Shown here: piece by piece, positions 6,880-16,918 of the stretch | Position numbering within the stretch: the first letter of the stretch is position 1 | Layout of the letters: every line of letters starts with the position of its first letter | IMG/VR virus record: IMGVR_UViG_3300021420_000031 | Location: 1 to 63,683 of that record | Origin: a virus | Taxonomy: Duplodnaviria; Caudoviricetes | Strand: one strand, 5' to 3' | DNA: 63,683 bases | Translations under genes and position numbers: made by a program | The notes under the pieces: model-generated | Told to the model about the DNA's origin: nothing | Seen by the model: only the letters and a program-made list of their open reading frames with translations | Database searches by the model: none

Positions 6880-8868
6880 GTGCTATCGAAAAGAGTCCTC
6901 ACCCCATCTCGCCCCGGCGTTGCGTCGCGCCGCAAGATCCGCGCACCAGAGCCCGATCCTGAGCTAAATCTAGGCTGGAATCCTCAGAAAGTCGCCGCGT
7001 TCGAGAAGGCGTTCTGGGAATTTGCCAGCCATGTCCGAATCAATTCCAAGGAAAAGGGCGGCAATTACCCGATTATCCGCGGCCTCTACGAGGGGCAGAA
7101 GCGCTTCATCCGGGCATTGTTTAATGGCCTGGCTGAAGATAAGCATGTCATCAAGTGCCTCAAGAGCCGGCAGCTCGGCATGTCGACGATCGTTGAGCTG
7201 TTCACGGTGTTCTGGCTTGGCATCCATGATGGCATGCTTGGTGGTTTGGTCTTTGACACCGGGCCGCACACTGCCGGCGCGCGCAACCGCATCAAAAACT
7301 TAATCGACAACCTTCCCGCCAACTACAAATTTCCCAAGGTTGTTGCCAATAATCGAGATGGGCTTAGCCTGTCAAATCAGTCTAGATTGATATTCATGTC
7401 GGCTGGCGTTCGAGAGACATCAAGTTCCGGTACACTTGGACGATCGGAAGGTCTTAACTTCCTGTGGGGATCGGAAATCTGTAGCTGGGTTAACACTGAA
7501 GGCATTACCGCTCTCAAGAACTCTCTCTCGGACAATTATCCAGATCGCCTTTACATCTGGGAGTCGACGGCGCGCGGCTTTAATTCCTGGCACGACATCT
7601 GGATGGAGGCCAAGGGCAACGAGATCGAGGAAGTCGCCTACTTCGCCGGCTGGTGGTCGAAGGATGACCAGCGCATCCTGCGGGGGACGCCACAGTGGAA
7701 GGTTTATGGGATCGAGCCGCCGAGTGAAGCCGAACTGCGGCGGATGCGCCACGTCAAGGAACTCTACGACTTCGAGATCGATCAGGAGCAGCTAGCCTGG
7801 TATCGCCGCTATATAGACCCGTCGCGTGATCGGGACGATGACGAACCCGAGGACGGCTACGCGATCCAGGATCAGCCCTGGGTCGAAGACGATGCTTTCC
7901 AGCAGTCCGGCTCCCCGTTTTTCCGCGCCGATAAGCTCACGGTCGCGAGCCAAGCGTCCAAGAGCATTAAATACAAGCCATATCGGTTTTGGCCGGGCGA
8001 TTCGATCATTAGTTGCGACATTCAGCCGTCCAGAACCTGGAAAGAGGTCGAACTCAAAGTCTGGGAAGAGCCGGTTTCCGAGGGCTGCTACGTCGTCGCG
8101 GGTGACCCAGCCTACGGTCGTAACGAGTTCAACAACAATTCATGCGCTCAAGTGCTGCGCTGCTACGCCGACGCCGTCGAGCAGGTGGCGGAATATACGT
8201 CGGCGATCATCGAACCTCAGCAATTCGCGTGGCTGCTGTGGACTTTGGTGGGGTGGTACGGCTCCGCGCACCAGAGCCAAGTAATGACAACCTGCGAATT
8301 GAACGGCTCCGGCGAGGAGGTTTTGAGGCAATACAATATTACGAGAGCCTTGCTGCGTGATGGCTACCTGCGAACCGCAGCCAGGGAAGCCGGTATCAAT
8401 AACATCTTCCACAACGGCAAGATGTACGTCTACAGTCGAAGCGACAGCATTAGCACTGGACATAACTTCTGGTGGAAGACCAGCTCTCAGCTTAAAGTCC
8501 AGATGATGGACGGTCTACGCGGGTACTTTCACAACGATGTCGTGACGATCAGATCGTACGACGCCCTGGAGGAGATGAAGACGATTGCCCGTGAGGGCGA
8601 CAAGATCGCGGCGCCTTCCGGCAAGCGCGACGATCGCAATTCCGGCTTGGCCTTTGGGGTTCGCGCTTGGGAGGAGCATCTTCGCCGCCATCTGGCTAGG
8701 GCCAACCGCACCCGCGAGGCTGATCGTATCCGACGGGCCGGCTCAGCCGTCGATGTGATGGCGCTGTTCCAGAAGAACTTGCTTGAGGACATGTTCAAGC
8801 GTAAGGCGGCAGGCCGGCAGGCGGCTCGGATCGCGTCGATGCAACGGCCAGGCTTCAGGATGAGGTAG
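6880..8868 (+). CDS. terL: Terminase large subunit
   Basis: Walker A-like LKSRQLGMST, Walker B-like LWGSE, motif III ESTA, nuclease motifs VVAGDPAYG and GKRDD; upstream of portal. Confidence 0.93.
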   Translation: MLSKRVLTPSRPGVASRRKIRAPEPDPELNLGWNPQKVAAFEKAFWEFASHVRINSKEKGGNYPIIRGLYEGQKRFIRALFNGLAEDKHVIKCLKSRQLGMSTIVELFTVFWLGIHDGMLGGLVFDTGPHTAGARNRIKNLIDNLPANYKFPKVVANNRDGLSLSNQSRLIFMSAGVRETSSSGTLGRSEGLNFLWGSEICSWVNTEGITALKNSLSDNYPDRLYIWESTARGFNSWHDIWMEAKGNEIEEVAYFAGWWSKDDQRILRGTPQWKVYGIEPPSEAELRRMRHVKELYDFEIDQEQLAWYRRYIDPSRDRDDDEPEDGYAIQDQPWVEDDAFQQSGSPFFRADKLTVASQASKSIKYKPYRFWPGDSIISCDIQPSRTWKEVELKVWEEPVSEGCYVVAGDPAYGRNEFNNNSCAQVLRCYADAVEQVAEYTSAIIEPQQFAWLLWTLVGWYGSAHQSQVMTTCELNGSGEEVLRQYNITRALLRDGYLRTAAREAGINNIFHNGKMYVYSRSDSISTGHNFWWKTSSQLKVQMMDGLRGYFHNDVVTIRSYDALEEMKTIAREGDKIAAPSGKRDDRNSGLAFGVRAWEEHLRRHLARANRTREADRIRRAGSAVDVMALFQKNLLEDMFKRKAAGRQAARIASMQRPGFRMR

Positions 8869-8870
8869 GC

Positions 8871-9449
8871 ATGCCAAGGTTCTCCTACACCGCCGCCGCA
8901 AGCGCGGCGAAGTCGCGGTATCAGCACTATCACTGCTCGGCTTGCGACGGGATCTTCAAATTCTTCCATGCAAGTTCCGATTCGCCGCCGCCTGATTGCT
9001 GCCAACTTTGCGGCGCGGTGCTGGACGAGGAAGCCGAGCCGGTCTTCGTCCCGAAGGCTCCAGGTATCCGCAAGAACCTGATCGTCATGTCGGAGAACAA
9101 AGTCTATCGCCAGATGGAGGCGTCGTCGATCCAGCGGGCGAAGGAGGCAGCCGATGTTGCCGGGGTATCTGAAGCCGAGATGTCACACATCAAGATCACC
9201 AACATGCGTGAGGCCGGAGAGATGCGAGAGGGCGATACCGCCGCGATCATGCCAGCGACCAACACCGTCGCCCAGGTCATGCAGCAGCATCCAAACATGA
9301 CGGGGTTCAACACCCAGCAGCCAGGGTCTCAATATGCTCTCGGCCGTCCCGACGCCGGGGCGCACGCGCTCACCAACATCGTGAAGCCGAACCATGCCGC
9401 CGTCGCTGGACGGCTGACGGCGAACGGACAGATAAGGCCGCGTCAGTGA
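8871..9449 (+). CDS. Zinc-ribbon (FmdB-like) protein
   Basis: YHCSACDGIF...CQLCG. Confidence 0.75.
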   Translation: MPRFSYTAAASAAKSRYQHYHCSACDGIFKFFHASSDSPPPDCCQLCGAVLDEEAEPVFVPKAPGIRKNLIVMSENKVYRQMEASSIQRAKEAADVAGVSEAEMSHIKITNMREAGEMREGDTAAIMPATNTVAQVMQQHPNMTGFNTQQPGSQYALGRPDAGAHALTNIVKPNHAAVAGRLTANGQIRPRQ

Positions 9450-11182
9450 TCATCCCTCGCTCACAAAGGGCGAGAAACAAGCTCGCCGAGATGATCGTCG
9501 TCAAATGCCATTCCTCGCGCGGTCATCGCGAATCGGCATATCGTATCTACGGGCAATGGATCGAGCGCGGTTGGGCGTCAGACGACGGCGCTGGTGGCTT
9601 GGCCCTCGCCAACCTGCTTTACAGCCATACCGACCGCTTGGCGGCCCACCTCTACAGCCCGATCGAGCTATTGTTTGCAATATCGTTCGAGGAGCGCCTT
9701 AAAAAGGATTGGCTGGAGCGCGGTCAGGTCGGCGGACGAGCTATTACCGACGAGTGGGTGTCGAACGACATTGACCTGTTGTTCGGGGCCGGGGTGAAGC
9801 CGGCGGTTGACTATGGTGCCTGTATTCTCAAGCAACTCGTCGGCCAGCGTCCTGATGATAATGGCCATCTGCAATTCGAGTACCACGGAGCCCGGCTCGT
9901 GATGCCGCAAATGTTTGGCGTCATGAACGAAACGATCAACGATCTCGACAAGCAGGAAGCCTTCGTCGAGACGATGATGCTGAACGAATGGGAGGTATGG
10001 CGGCGTATCAGGCACCTCCCGGACGCTGAAAAGCTCATGAAGCGCATCAAGTCCAATTCGGAAAAGCAGTCAGGGGTATCGCCGCCGACTTCGTTCATGC
10101 ACCAAGTTCTGTCGACGGCGGTTTTAGAGTTGTCTCCCGCCGCCGCCGGCCAGCCGCGCCCTGGTGGATGGGTGCAAACCGGAGGGGGCAATAACTATCC
10201 GAACGCCGGCCCTCAAGTCGACCTGGACCTCTACCCCGTCGAGGAAATCACCGTGTGGGACGACGATTCCGGTGATTGGACGACGCTGGTTTGGATGCAG
10301 CCCGATATCCTGATCTCGCCGCTCAGCCGCCCGATCAACATGTGCGTTCCAGGGCATCACCCCTATACCCTGATCCAAGCTAATTTCGAGCCTGGCTATT
10401 TCTGGGGCCGCTCCGAAGTGGCCGACCTGATGCAGCTCCAGGCGTGGCTGACCACACATTTGTCCGACATCAACAAGATCATGGGCCAGCAATTCGACAA
10501 GTTTATCGCCTACTCCGGGGCCGACGGGATCAACGCCGAGGAATACGCGATGCAGAAGGCGCAGGGCTTCGTCAACCTCGGTGCTGGCGGCAATGCGGTC
10601 GACCTGACCGCGCGGATGCCGGAAAACGCCTTGCCGCTGATCCGGGAGATCATTTCCTTGATGGAGCGGGTGTCGGGCTTTCCGCCGATCATGTCCGGCG
10701 CCGGAGAATCTGGTGTGCGGTCGGATGTGCACGCCAACACGCTGATGAAAACCGGCTCCCCCCGGCTGCGTGACCGGTCACTGCTGATCGAGCGGCAATG
10801 TGCTAAGGCCGGCGCGCTGACGTTGGCGGTCCTGGCCGCCAAGGGGACTACGGTCTACTGGACTGACGCAAACGACGAGTTGACCGACTTCACCTTGGCC
10901 CAAATGGTCGAGATGAACGCCCGAGTTTCGGTCGATTCGCACTCATCATCGCCGATTTATCACGACGACCATTTGCAGCTAGTGGCGTTCCTGCTGAAGT
11001 CGGGCGCGCTCGACCCGATCTCGGCTCTGGAGATGGTCAACATCCCGAATCGGGATCTGGTGATTGCTCGCGCCAAGGAGCGGATGGCGCAGCAACAGGC
11101 GCAATTACAGAAGTTGGAGCAGGAAGACCCTGAGGCTTACGCGAAAGTTATTCGTGGGACGGGTCACAAGCGGGCGGCATGA
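9446..11182 (+). CDS. Portal protein
   Basis: 578 aa after TerL; PGYFWGRSEVADLMQLQ and ERVSGFPPIMSG portal-type motifs; Gln-rich helical C-terminus. Confidence 0.85.
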   Translation: MIIPRSQRARNKLAEMIVVKCHSSRGHRESAYRIYGQWIERGWASDDGAGGLALANLLYSHTDRLAAHLYSPIELLFAISFEERLKKDWLERGQVGGRAITDEWVSNDIDLLFGAGVKPAVDYGACILKQLVGQRPDDNGHLQFEYHGARLVMPQMFGVMNETINDLDKQEAFVETMMLNEWEVWRRIRHLPDAEKLMKRIKSNSEKQSGVSPPTSFMHQVLSTAVLELSPAAAGQPRPGGWVQTGGGNNYPNAGPQVDLDLYPVEEITVWDDDSGDWTTLVWMQPDILISPLSRPINMCVPGHHPYTLIQANFEPGYFWGRSEVADLMQLQAWLTTHLSDINKIMGQQFDKFIAYSGADGINAEEYAMQKAQGFVNLGAGGNAVDLTARMPENALPLIREIISLMERVSGFPPIMSGAGESGVRSDVHANTLMKTGSPRLRDRSLLIERQCAKAGALTLAVLAAKGTTVYWTDANDELTDFTLAQMVEMNARVSVDSHSSSPIYHDDHLQLVAFLLKSGALDPISALEMVNIPNRDLVIARAKERMAQQQAQLQKLEQEDPEAYAKVIRGTGHKRAA

Positions 11183-11245
11183 GTTCTTTTTCGTACTCAA
11201 TGTCGTCTAGTATTTTGGAGAATACTTCCGTAGCGGAGGAACGGG

Positions 11246-11440
11246 TCAGCCCCATTTCGTCTGCTCCAGCCATTCGTTAACCTCGTGACGGTAGTAAATA
11301 TTCCGACCGACTAGCCGGCGGTAGGGTGGTCCGACTTTGGCCTTGCGCCATTCGTTTAGAGTCCACTCCGTGACATGCAACTCGGTGGCGAGCTGTTTCG
11401 GTGTCACGAATTCGATCTGTTGGACCTTTGCTTCTCCCAT
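11246..11440 (-). CDS. Excisionase/AlpA-like HTH DNA-binding protein
   Basis: VTPKQLATELHVTEWTLNEWRKAKVGPPYRRLVGRNIYYRHEVNEWLE. Confidence 0.8.
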   Translation of the reverse strand: MGEAKVQQIEFVTPKQLATELHVTEWTLNEWRKAKVGPPYRRLVGRNIYYRHEVNEWLEQTKWG

Positions 11441-11585
11441 GCGATCCACATAAAGCATCCGCCGGCTTTCATCAACCATCTTGCTCCAAAAGTCTCGCGG
11501 GTCTCTTGGATTGCCGTCCGGGCTCGTCTCGCAACCGCCTAGCGGGGGCTCCCGGCAGTGTGCAACTGAGAGATGGAGCATTGCA

Positions 11586-11642
11586 ATGCTTACCTTCGAA
11601 AAGCGCGAACGGCGTATGCGTCGCAGCCACAAGCGCCGCTAA
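11586..11642 (+). CDS. Very basic micro-peptide (18 aa)
   Basis: GGAG RBS; MLTFEKRERRMRRSHKRR; TAAATG junction with the next gene. Confidence 0.55.
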   Translation: MLTFEKRERRMRRSHKRR

Positions 11643-12077
11643 ATGCCTGACATGCCGATAGCCCCAGGGGCGCCTTCTCCTGGCGGTTCGCCATCACCAG
11701 CCGCGCCAGCTCAAGCCACAGGTTCGAGTCCCGCGCAGATGCCGGTGGCAAATCGCGGGAATGAGGAGATGGCCCTGCTGGCCATCGGCATGCACGCTCA
11801 TCAGATTTCCCAACTGGTCACCAAGCTCCCATTCGGGTCGGATCAGCAACGGGACATTTCCGACGCGGTTAACAAGATCGCGAAACACGCCAAGCCCCAG
11901 GACGCGCCGTCTGGCGTCCAGAAGACTCAGGCCGACGCCATGCAGCTTGCCGCGCGACAAAACGCGATGCGGCTGCAAGCGATGCGGCAGCAGCAGATGC
12001 AGGGCGCGGCCGGGGCCGCCGGAGCACAAGGCGCACCTGCGGGAACTGCCGGCGGCACGCCCGCAATGGCCGCGTAA
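11643..12077 (+). CDS. Pro/Ala/Gln-rich head-module protein
   Basis: 144 aa ORF between portal and capsid genes. Confidence 0.75.
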   Translation: MPDMPIAPGAPSPGGSPSPAAPAQATGSSPAQMPVANRGNEEMALLAIGMHAHQISQLVTKLPFGSDQQRDISDAVNKIAKHAKPQDAPSGVQKTQADAMQLAARQNAMRLQAMRQQQMQGAAGAAGAQGAPAGTAGGTPAMAA

Positions 12078-12093
12078 CCTCACGGAGATCGTT

Positions 12094-12264
12094 ATGAATA
12101 TTTTCCAAGACACCACCCAGCGGATGCCCAAGTCGGACTCGCAGATCAAGAAGATCGACTTCACGCAGTCGCAAATCGGCGGCCGAACCGACCACATCCC
12201 GACGCCCAACAAAGAGGGCGACATGGCGATCCGCCACGTCCCGAATGCGGGCACCACGAGGTAG
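12094..12264 (+). CDS. Small head-module protein (56 aa)
   Basis: GGAG RBS; MNIFQDTTQRMPKS... Confidence 0.7.
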   Translation: MNIFQDTTQRMPKSDSQIKKIDFTQSQIGGRTDHIPTPNKEGDMAIRHVPNAGTTR

Positions 12265-12271
12265 ATAGGCC

Positions 12272-12841
12272 ATGGTTGAGATCGACGAGGCTCAACTTGC
12301 CAGCTATCGGCAGCTTGCCGGGTTTGTCCAGACCGCTCTGAATAACCCGAAGACGCGCCGCAAAATTCTTGAGGCCGACAAAGCTCTCAACCCTGACAAG
12401 GCCATTCCAGAACTCGATGCTGCCGATCCACTCCACGAGGAGTTGAAGGCGCTTCGCGAGGACATGCAGAAGGACCGCGACGAGCGCGCCAAACGGGAAG
12501 CCGAAGAGGCCGACAAGAAGACCAAGGCAGATTGGGACCACCAGTGGTCGCGCGGCCAGCAAAAATTGCGAGACCTTCGGGTATCCGATGAGGCGATCAG
12601 CGAAATCGAGAAGCTGATGGGCGATCGGAATATCGTCGATCACGAGGCCGGGCTCGCGCTGTTCGAAAAAATGCACCCGACACCGCCGCCGGTCATGAAC
12701 GGCTCGTCACGCTTCGGCTGGTTCGACGGCGCCGAGAAAGACGCGCCCGACACTAAGTTGCTCCTCGATCAGCAATACGACGAATTCCTGGGTCAGGCGA
12801 TCGACAAAGCCCGCGCCGATTTCCGCGCTACCGGGCAGTAA
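12272..12841 (+). CDS. Putative capsid scaffolding protein
   Basis: Charged coiled-coil protein directly upstream of the capsid gene. Confidence 0.7.
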   Translation: MVEIDEAQLASYRQLAGFVQTALNNPKTRRKILEADKALNPDKAIPELDAADPLHEELKALREDMQKDRDERAKREAEEADKKTKADWDHQWSRGQQKLRDLRVSDEAISEIEKLMGDRNIVDHEAGLALFEKMHPTPPPVMNGSSRFGWFDGAEKDAPDTKLLLDQQYDEFLGQAIDKARADFRATGQ

Positions 12842-12856
12842 AAGGAATCATAGGCT

Positions 12857-13912
12857 ATGCCGCTTCCCGGCCAGGGTGTCGTCCCTACAGGTAACTTGTA
12901 CTTGGAACTGACTTCCGTAGTCAGGCGCGCATTCGTCCCAGTCCTATTTGTCCAGCTATATTATGCGGCCCCGTCGCTGTTCTTCTTCATGGGCGGTGCG
13001 GAGAAAGCTGCGGGCGGCTTGAGCCAGGTGACGATCCCGATCCAGGGCCAGTCGATGGTCCAGGGCCAATTCACCGGCCCGGCTGGCGGGTTCAATGCGC
13101 CGCAGATCATTCCGGCGATCCAGAACGCGCAGTTCCCGTTGGTCTACTGGGTGGTCCCGGTTCCGCTGTACTTCGGCGAGCGTGTGTTGCAAGCGACCGA
13201 TACGGTGATCTCGACCGTCAAGGCTCGCATGAACGACGTGTGGAACGTCACGGTTCAGAACATCGCCCGGCTGATGTTTCTGAACAACAACACGCAGACG
13301 AATACGCTGCTGCCCAACAGCATGATTGACGCCTTTGACGATGGCACGAATGTCGCGGTTTACGGCGGCATTAACCGCCTCGCACCAGGAAATCAGTCGT
13401 GGAAGGGACAGTATTACGTAGCCGCCACCGGTGCGGGTTTACCCGGAACCGCCGGCTATACCCGCACGACGATGTCGAACCAGATCCTTCAATCGACCGA
13501 CAAGGCTGGCGGTGAACCGCCAACATTCGGTTTGATGAACCCCGGCGATCTGGCGACGCTGAATGCCGATTTCATCGGGATCGAACAGCAGTTCGTCAGG
13601 CCCGGCAACGAATACTCGATGGGGACTGCGGTGCGGTCCTCATTCCCGAACCTCAACGTCTCGGGGGTTCCTATCTTCGCCGACCACTTCTGCCCGCAGG
13701 GCACGGTGCTGTTCCCGAACAGCAAGTACACAAAAATGTACATGTCCGAGGATGCGGCGTTCGACTTCTCCGGCTTTTACCCGCTGATCCCGCTCGGCCA
13801 GATGGGACAGCAAGGTGTTGTGGTCCTTGGCTACAATCAGATTACAAGTAAATGTGTCTCGAACTCAATCGTTACGGGTGTCGGGAACCCTGCCTTCAGC
13901 AATCCGATTTGA
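12857..13912 (+). CDS. Major capsid protein
   Basis: 351 aa; YGGINR and NVSGVPIFADHFCPQGTVLFPNSKY motifs typical of podoviral coat proteins; position after scaffold. Confidence 0.88.
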   Translation: MPLPGQGVVPTGNLYLELTSVVRRAFVPVLFVQLYYAAPSLFFFMGGAEKAAGGLSQVTIPIQGQSMVQGQFTGPAGGFNAPQIIPAIQNAQFPLVYWVVPVPLYFGERVLQATDTVISTVKARMNDVWNVTVQNIARLMFLNNNTQTNTLLPNSMIDAFDDGTNVAVYGGINRLAPGNQSWKGQYYVAATGAGLPGTAGYTRTTMSNQILQSTDKAGGEPPTFGLMNPGDLATLNADFIGIEQQFVRPGNEYSMGTAVRSSFPNLNVSGVPIFADHFCPQGTVLFPNSKYTKMYMSEDAAFDFSGFYPLIPLGQMGQQGVVVLGYNQITSKCVSNSIVTGVGNPAFSNPI

Positions 13913-13932
13913 TGAGCGGGAGTTAGCTCACA

Positions 13933-14790
13933 ATGCCTCAGAGTGACATTGGCGTCGGGCCATTTCCCGCTCCGCAATTTACCTATCCTCTTGAGTATAG
14001 CGGCGTCCCAAATACAGTAGGGACCAATAAGATTTCCTTATCGCCGGCGATGGCGTGGTACATCCCGCGCGGAAAATATCAGCTTTCCGTCACAGGGACA
14101 GTGTCGGCGTTGCAGTGGTACGATCCGATACGTCAGGAGTGGGTCAATCTGCTTGGCCCCGGAGCCGCTTGGCAGACCGAATATTTTAGCGACGGCACCA
14201 ACTTCCGCGTCGTAAACCTGTCAGACAGTTGGTACACGGGTATCGTTACCACGCCGGGCACCGGCTATGTCCAGGGTTCGACCACGGTTACGGCCGGCAC
14301 GGGAAATTCGACGTGGCAGCCGATCGTCGGCGGCGCACTCGGAACGTTCACGACCAACAGCGGTACGGGGTTCTTCGCCGGTACCGGCTTCACCAAGCCG
14401 CCGATCGTCGTCATTGCCGCTCCTCCGGCCCCCGGCATCGCCGCCACGGCGACTGCCGCTCTTTCATCCGGGGCGGTTGGGACCGTGACGATCAGAACGG
14501 CCGGTGCCGGTTATACGTCGATTCCGCCTGTCTATTTGTTCCCCGACCAGACCGATCCGGCGTGGCTGTCTGGTGCCGCAAATCTTTGGTCTCCGAATCC
14601 GGGCCTTGTCACGGTGGCCCTGACAGGTGCCGGGACTATCACTGGGTTGCTGCTCGTCAACGCCGGGCAGCTTCTGACCACGGCGCCCACGTTGACTGTC
14701 GCTGGCGTCGGCAGCTCGGCGGTCGTGACAACCAGTCCGGCGACGGTGGTTGCGGCTGCGAACGACGTTCTGACTATCATGCCCTGCTGA
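13933..14790 (+). CDS. Virion structural protein (decoration-like) with GxGY modules
   Basis: Gly/Thr-rich beta-type sequence directly after the capsid gene. Confidence 0.7.
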   Translation: MPQSDIGVGPFPAPQFTYPLEYSGVPNTVGTNKISLSPAMAWYIPRGKYQLSVTGTVSALQWYDPIRQEWVNLLGPGAAWQTEYFSDGTNFRVVNLSDSWYTGIVTTPGTGYVQGSTTVTAGTGNSTWQPIVGGALGTFTTNSGTGFFAGTGFTKPPIVVIAAPPAPGIAATATAALSSGAVGTVTIRTAGAGYTSIPPVYLFPDQTDPAWLSGAANLWSPNPGLVTVALTGAGTITGLLLVNAGQLLTTAPTLTVAGVGSSAVVTTSPATVVAAANDVLTIMPC

Positions 14791-14841
14791 TCGGCTTCTA
14801 GCGGGGGGATCGCCCCGCCGGACGACCACGGAGGCGAGATC

Positions 14842-15546
14842 ATGCTGACGGCATACCAGACAGCAGTCCAGCAATTGATCCAACTGGTCCCGTCCGGCCT
14901 AATACCGACGCCGACGCTGACCAGCTACATCAATACCGCCAGGATGCAATTGGCAGCCGACGCTGAGTGTATCCGTGGCCAAACGTTTTTACAGTTCGTA
15001 ATTGGCACGCAAACATATTCGTTTTTGTCATTAAATTTCCCGGCGGGCGTGGCTAACGTAATCGCCGTCCGAGATGGATTTGTAGTTGGCTCCGCGAATC
15101 CTTTAGAGTTCCGGTCATGGGAATGGTTCGCTGCATATTATTTGACGACCACAGTGCCGGGAACGCCTTCGATCGTGGCCCAACAAGGACAGGGTGCCTT
15201 AGGGACGTTGTTTTTCTATCCTACGCCCGACGTAACCGCTACGGCGATCTTTGATGTCGTTTATCTGCCGGTCGTCTTGGTCGACGACACGACTCCCGAG
15301 GTCATCCCGGCCTTGTGGACGGACGCTGTGCCGTTCTATGCAGCGTGGCTCGCAATGATGCAGCTTCAGCGTCAGGCTGACGCACACATTATGCTGACCC
15401 GCTATCAGGAATTAGCGCTTCGGGGCCGGCAAGAAGCGACCCCGACGGTGCTGCCGGACAACATGCCGGGCGGGCCAGGGGCGCGCGTTGCGACGCTTAA
15501 GACGACGCTGACGGCGACGCCGCAGCAACCCGGCGGGGGGCGTTGA
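14842..15546 (+). CDS. Head-tail adaptor/ring protein paralogue 1
   Basis: YINTAR...ECIR...AQQGQG...FYPTP...WTDAVPFYAAW. Confidence 0.75.
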   Translation: MLTAYQTAVQQLIQLVPSGLIPTPTLTSYINTARMQLAADAECIRGQTFLQFVIGTQTYSFLSLNFPAGVANVIAVRDGFVVGSANPLEFRSWEWFAAYYLTTTVPGTPSIVAQQGQGALGTLFFYPTPDVTATAIFDVVYLPVVLVDDTTPEVIPALWTDAVPFYAAWLAMMQLQRQADAHIMLTRYQELALRGRQEATPTVLPDNMPGGPGARVATLKTTLTATPQQPGGGR

Positions 15547-16241
15547 TGCTGATCTCTTATCAGCAAACCACTCGTCGTCTCATGCTGAATGATCAAACGT
15601 TCGCGAAGGTAAATGACTTTGATCTAAAAGATTGGATCAACGTAGCGCGGAATCAGGTCGCTGGTGAAACCGAGTGTTGCCGTGCGCAGGTGCCTTTAAC
15701 GCTGGTTCCGAGTCAGCAAGTTTATGCATTCTCCACGATTGCTATGCCTAGCGCATCGTATCAAGGCGTTATAGCCGTTCGTCTTGGATTTATTGGTAGT
15801 ACACGGCTAGATTTTCGATCGTTCGAATGGTTCTCTGAATTTTATTGGGAATCCGGTGCAGTTGGGCAGCCTGTACGAATGGCCCAACAGGGCCAGGGGA
15901 CGCTTGGGTCTCTATATTTTGACCCCGTGCCGAACGCATCATTCCTTGTGTCGCTAGATACGGCGACCTTACCCGCCCCTCTCGTGGATGTCACGAGTGA
16001 TGAAATAATTCCGGCGATCTGGACCGACGCCGTTCCCTATTTTGCCGCCTATATGGGGTTTCTCCAGCAAGGAGATAAAGCGGCGGCCGATGACATGTTT
16101 GCCCGCTATACGGCATTCGTTGGGCGCGGGCGCACTGCGGCGACGCCGTCGGTCCTGCCGGATTACCAGCCTGACGGCGCGGCGGCAAAACAGAGCATGC
16201 CGCCCGCTAGGCAACAGGTTTCCCAGGCAAGGCCGGCGTGA
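15543..16241 (+). CDS. Head-tail adaptor/ring protein paralogue 2
   Basis: WINVARNQVAGETEC...AQQGQG...WTDAVPYFAAY. Confidence 0.75.
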   Translation: MMLISYQQTTRRLMLNDQTFAKVNDFDLKDWINVARNQVAGETECCRAQVPLTLVPSQQVYAFSTIAMPSASYQGVIAVRLGFIGSTRLDFRSFEWFSEFYWESGAVGQPVRMAQQGQGTLGSLYFDPVPNASFLVSLDTATLPAPLVDVTSDEIIPAIWTDAVPYFAAYMGFLQQGDKAAADDMFARYTAFVGRGRTAATPSVLPDYQPDGAAAKQSMPPARQQVSQARPA

Positions 16242-16918
16242 TGCTGACCGCCTACACACAGACCGTCGTGCGGCTGATGCTGAACGATCAATCGTTCAAC
16301 AAGGTCAATACCTACGATCTTCATGATTGGATCAACGTAGCGCGGAATCAAGTCGCCGGAGAAAGCGAGTGCGTCAGGGCTCAGGCGTCTTTAGCTACGA
16401 CATCTGGCGGACAAGTGTACCCGTTTTCAGCCCTAGCCATAACTGGTCAGGGATACCAGCAGGTCATCGCGGTCAGGATGGCGTTTATCGGGTCGGAAAT
16501 GTTGGATTTTCGCCCGTTCGAATGGTTTGCGGCCTTTTATTGGAATTCCGGGAGCTCGGGATCTCCGCTGCGAATGGCTCAGCAAGGCCAAGGCGCCGAT
16601 GGGACGCTGTACTTCGACCCGGTTCCGAACGCCGTTTTCGCGATTTCTCTGGATGTTGCCGCCCTTCCGATCCCGCTGGTTGACGACGCGACGCCAGAGG
16701 TCATTCCGCCGCTGTGGACCGACGCCATTTCCTATTACGCTTCCTACATGGGATTCCTTCAGCAAGGGGACGCCGGAGCCGCTGATGGCATGTTCTCGCG
16801 GTATCAGGCGTTTATGGCTCGGGCCCGGGCGGCAAGCACTTCGCCTGTCCTCCCCATAACCCAGCCGACTGACCAGCGGAAGCCGGCGCCTCCGACTGAC
16901 GTTCGTGGGACGGCGTAA
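16238..16918 (+). CDS. Head-tail adaptor/ring protein paralogue 3
   Basis: WINVARNQVAGESEC...AQQGQG...WTDAISYYASY; closest to paralogue 2. Confidence 0.75.
   Translation: MMLTAYTQTVVRLMLNDQSFNKVNTYDLHDWINVARNQVAGESECVRAQASLATTSGGQVYPFSALAITGQGYQQVIAVRMAFIGSEMLDFRPFEWFAAFYWNSGSSGSPLRMAQQGQGADGTLYFDPVPNAVFAISLDVAALPIPLVDDATPEVIPPLWTDAISYYASYMGFLQQGDAGAADGMFSRYQAFMARARAASTSPVLPITQPTDQRKPAPPTDVRGTA

Noticed and set aside
14800-14820. GC hairpin after the post-capsid gene as a terminator
   Set aside because: No U-tract follows; it may be a stability hairpin, but this is unsupported.
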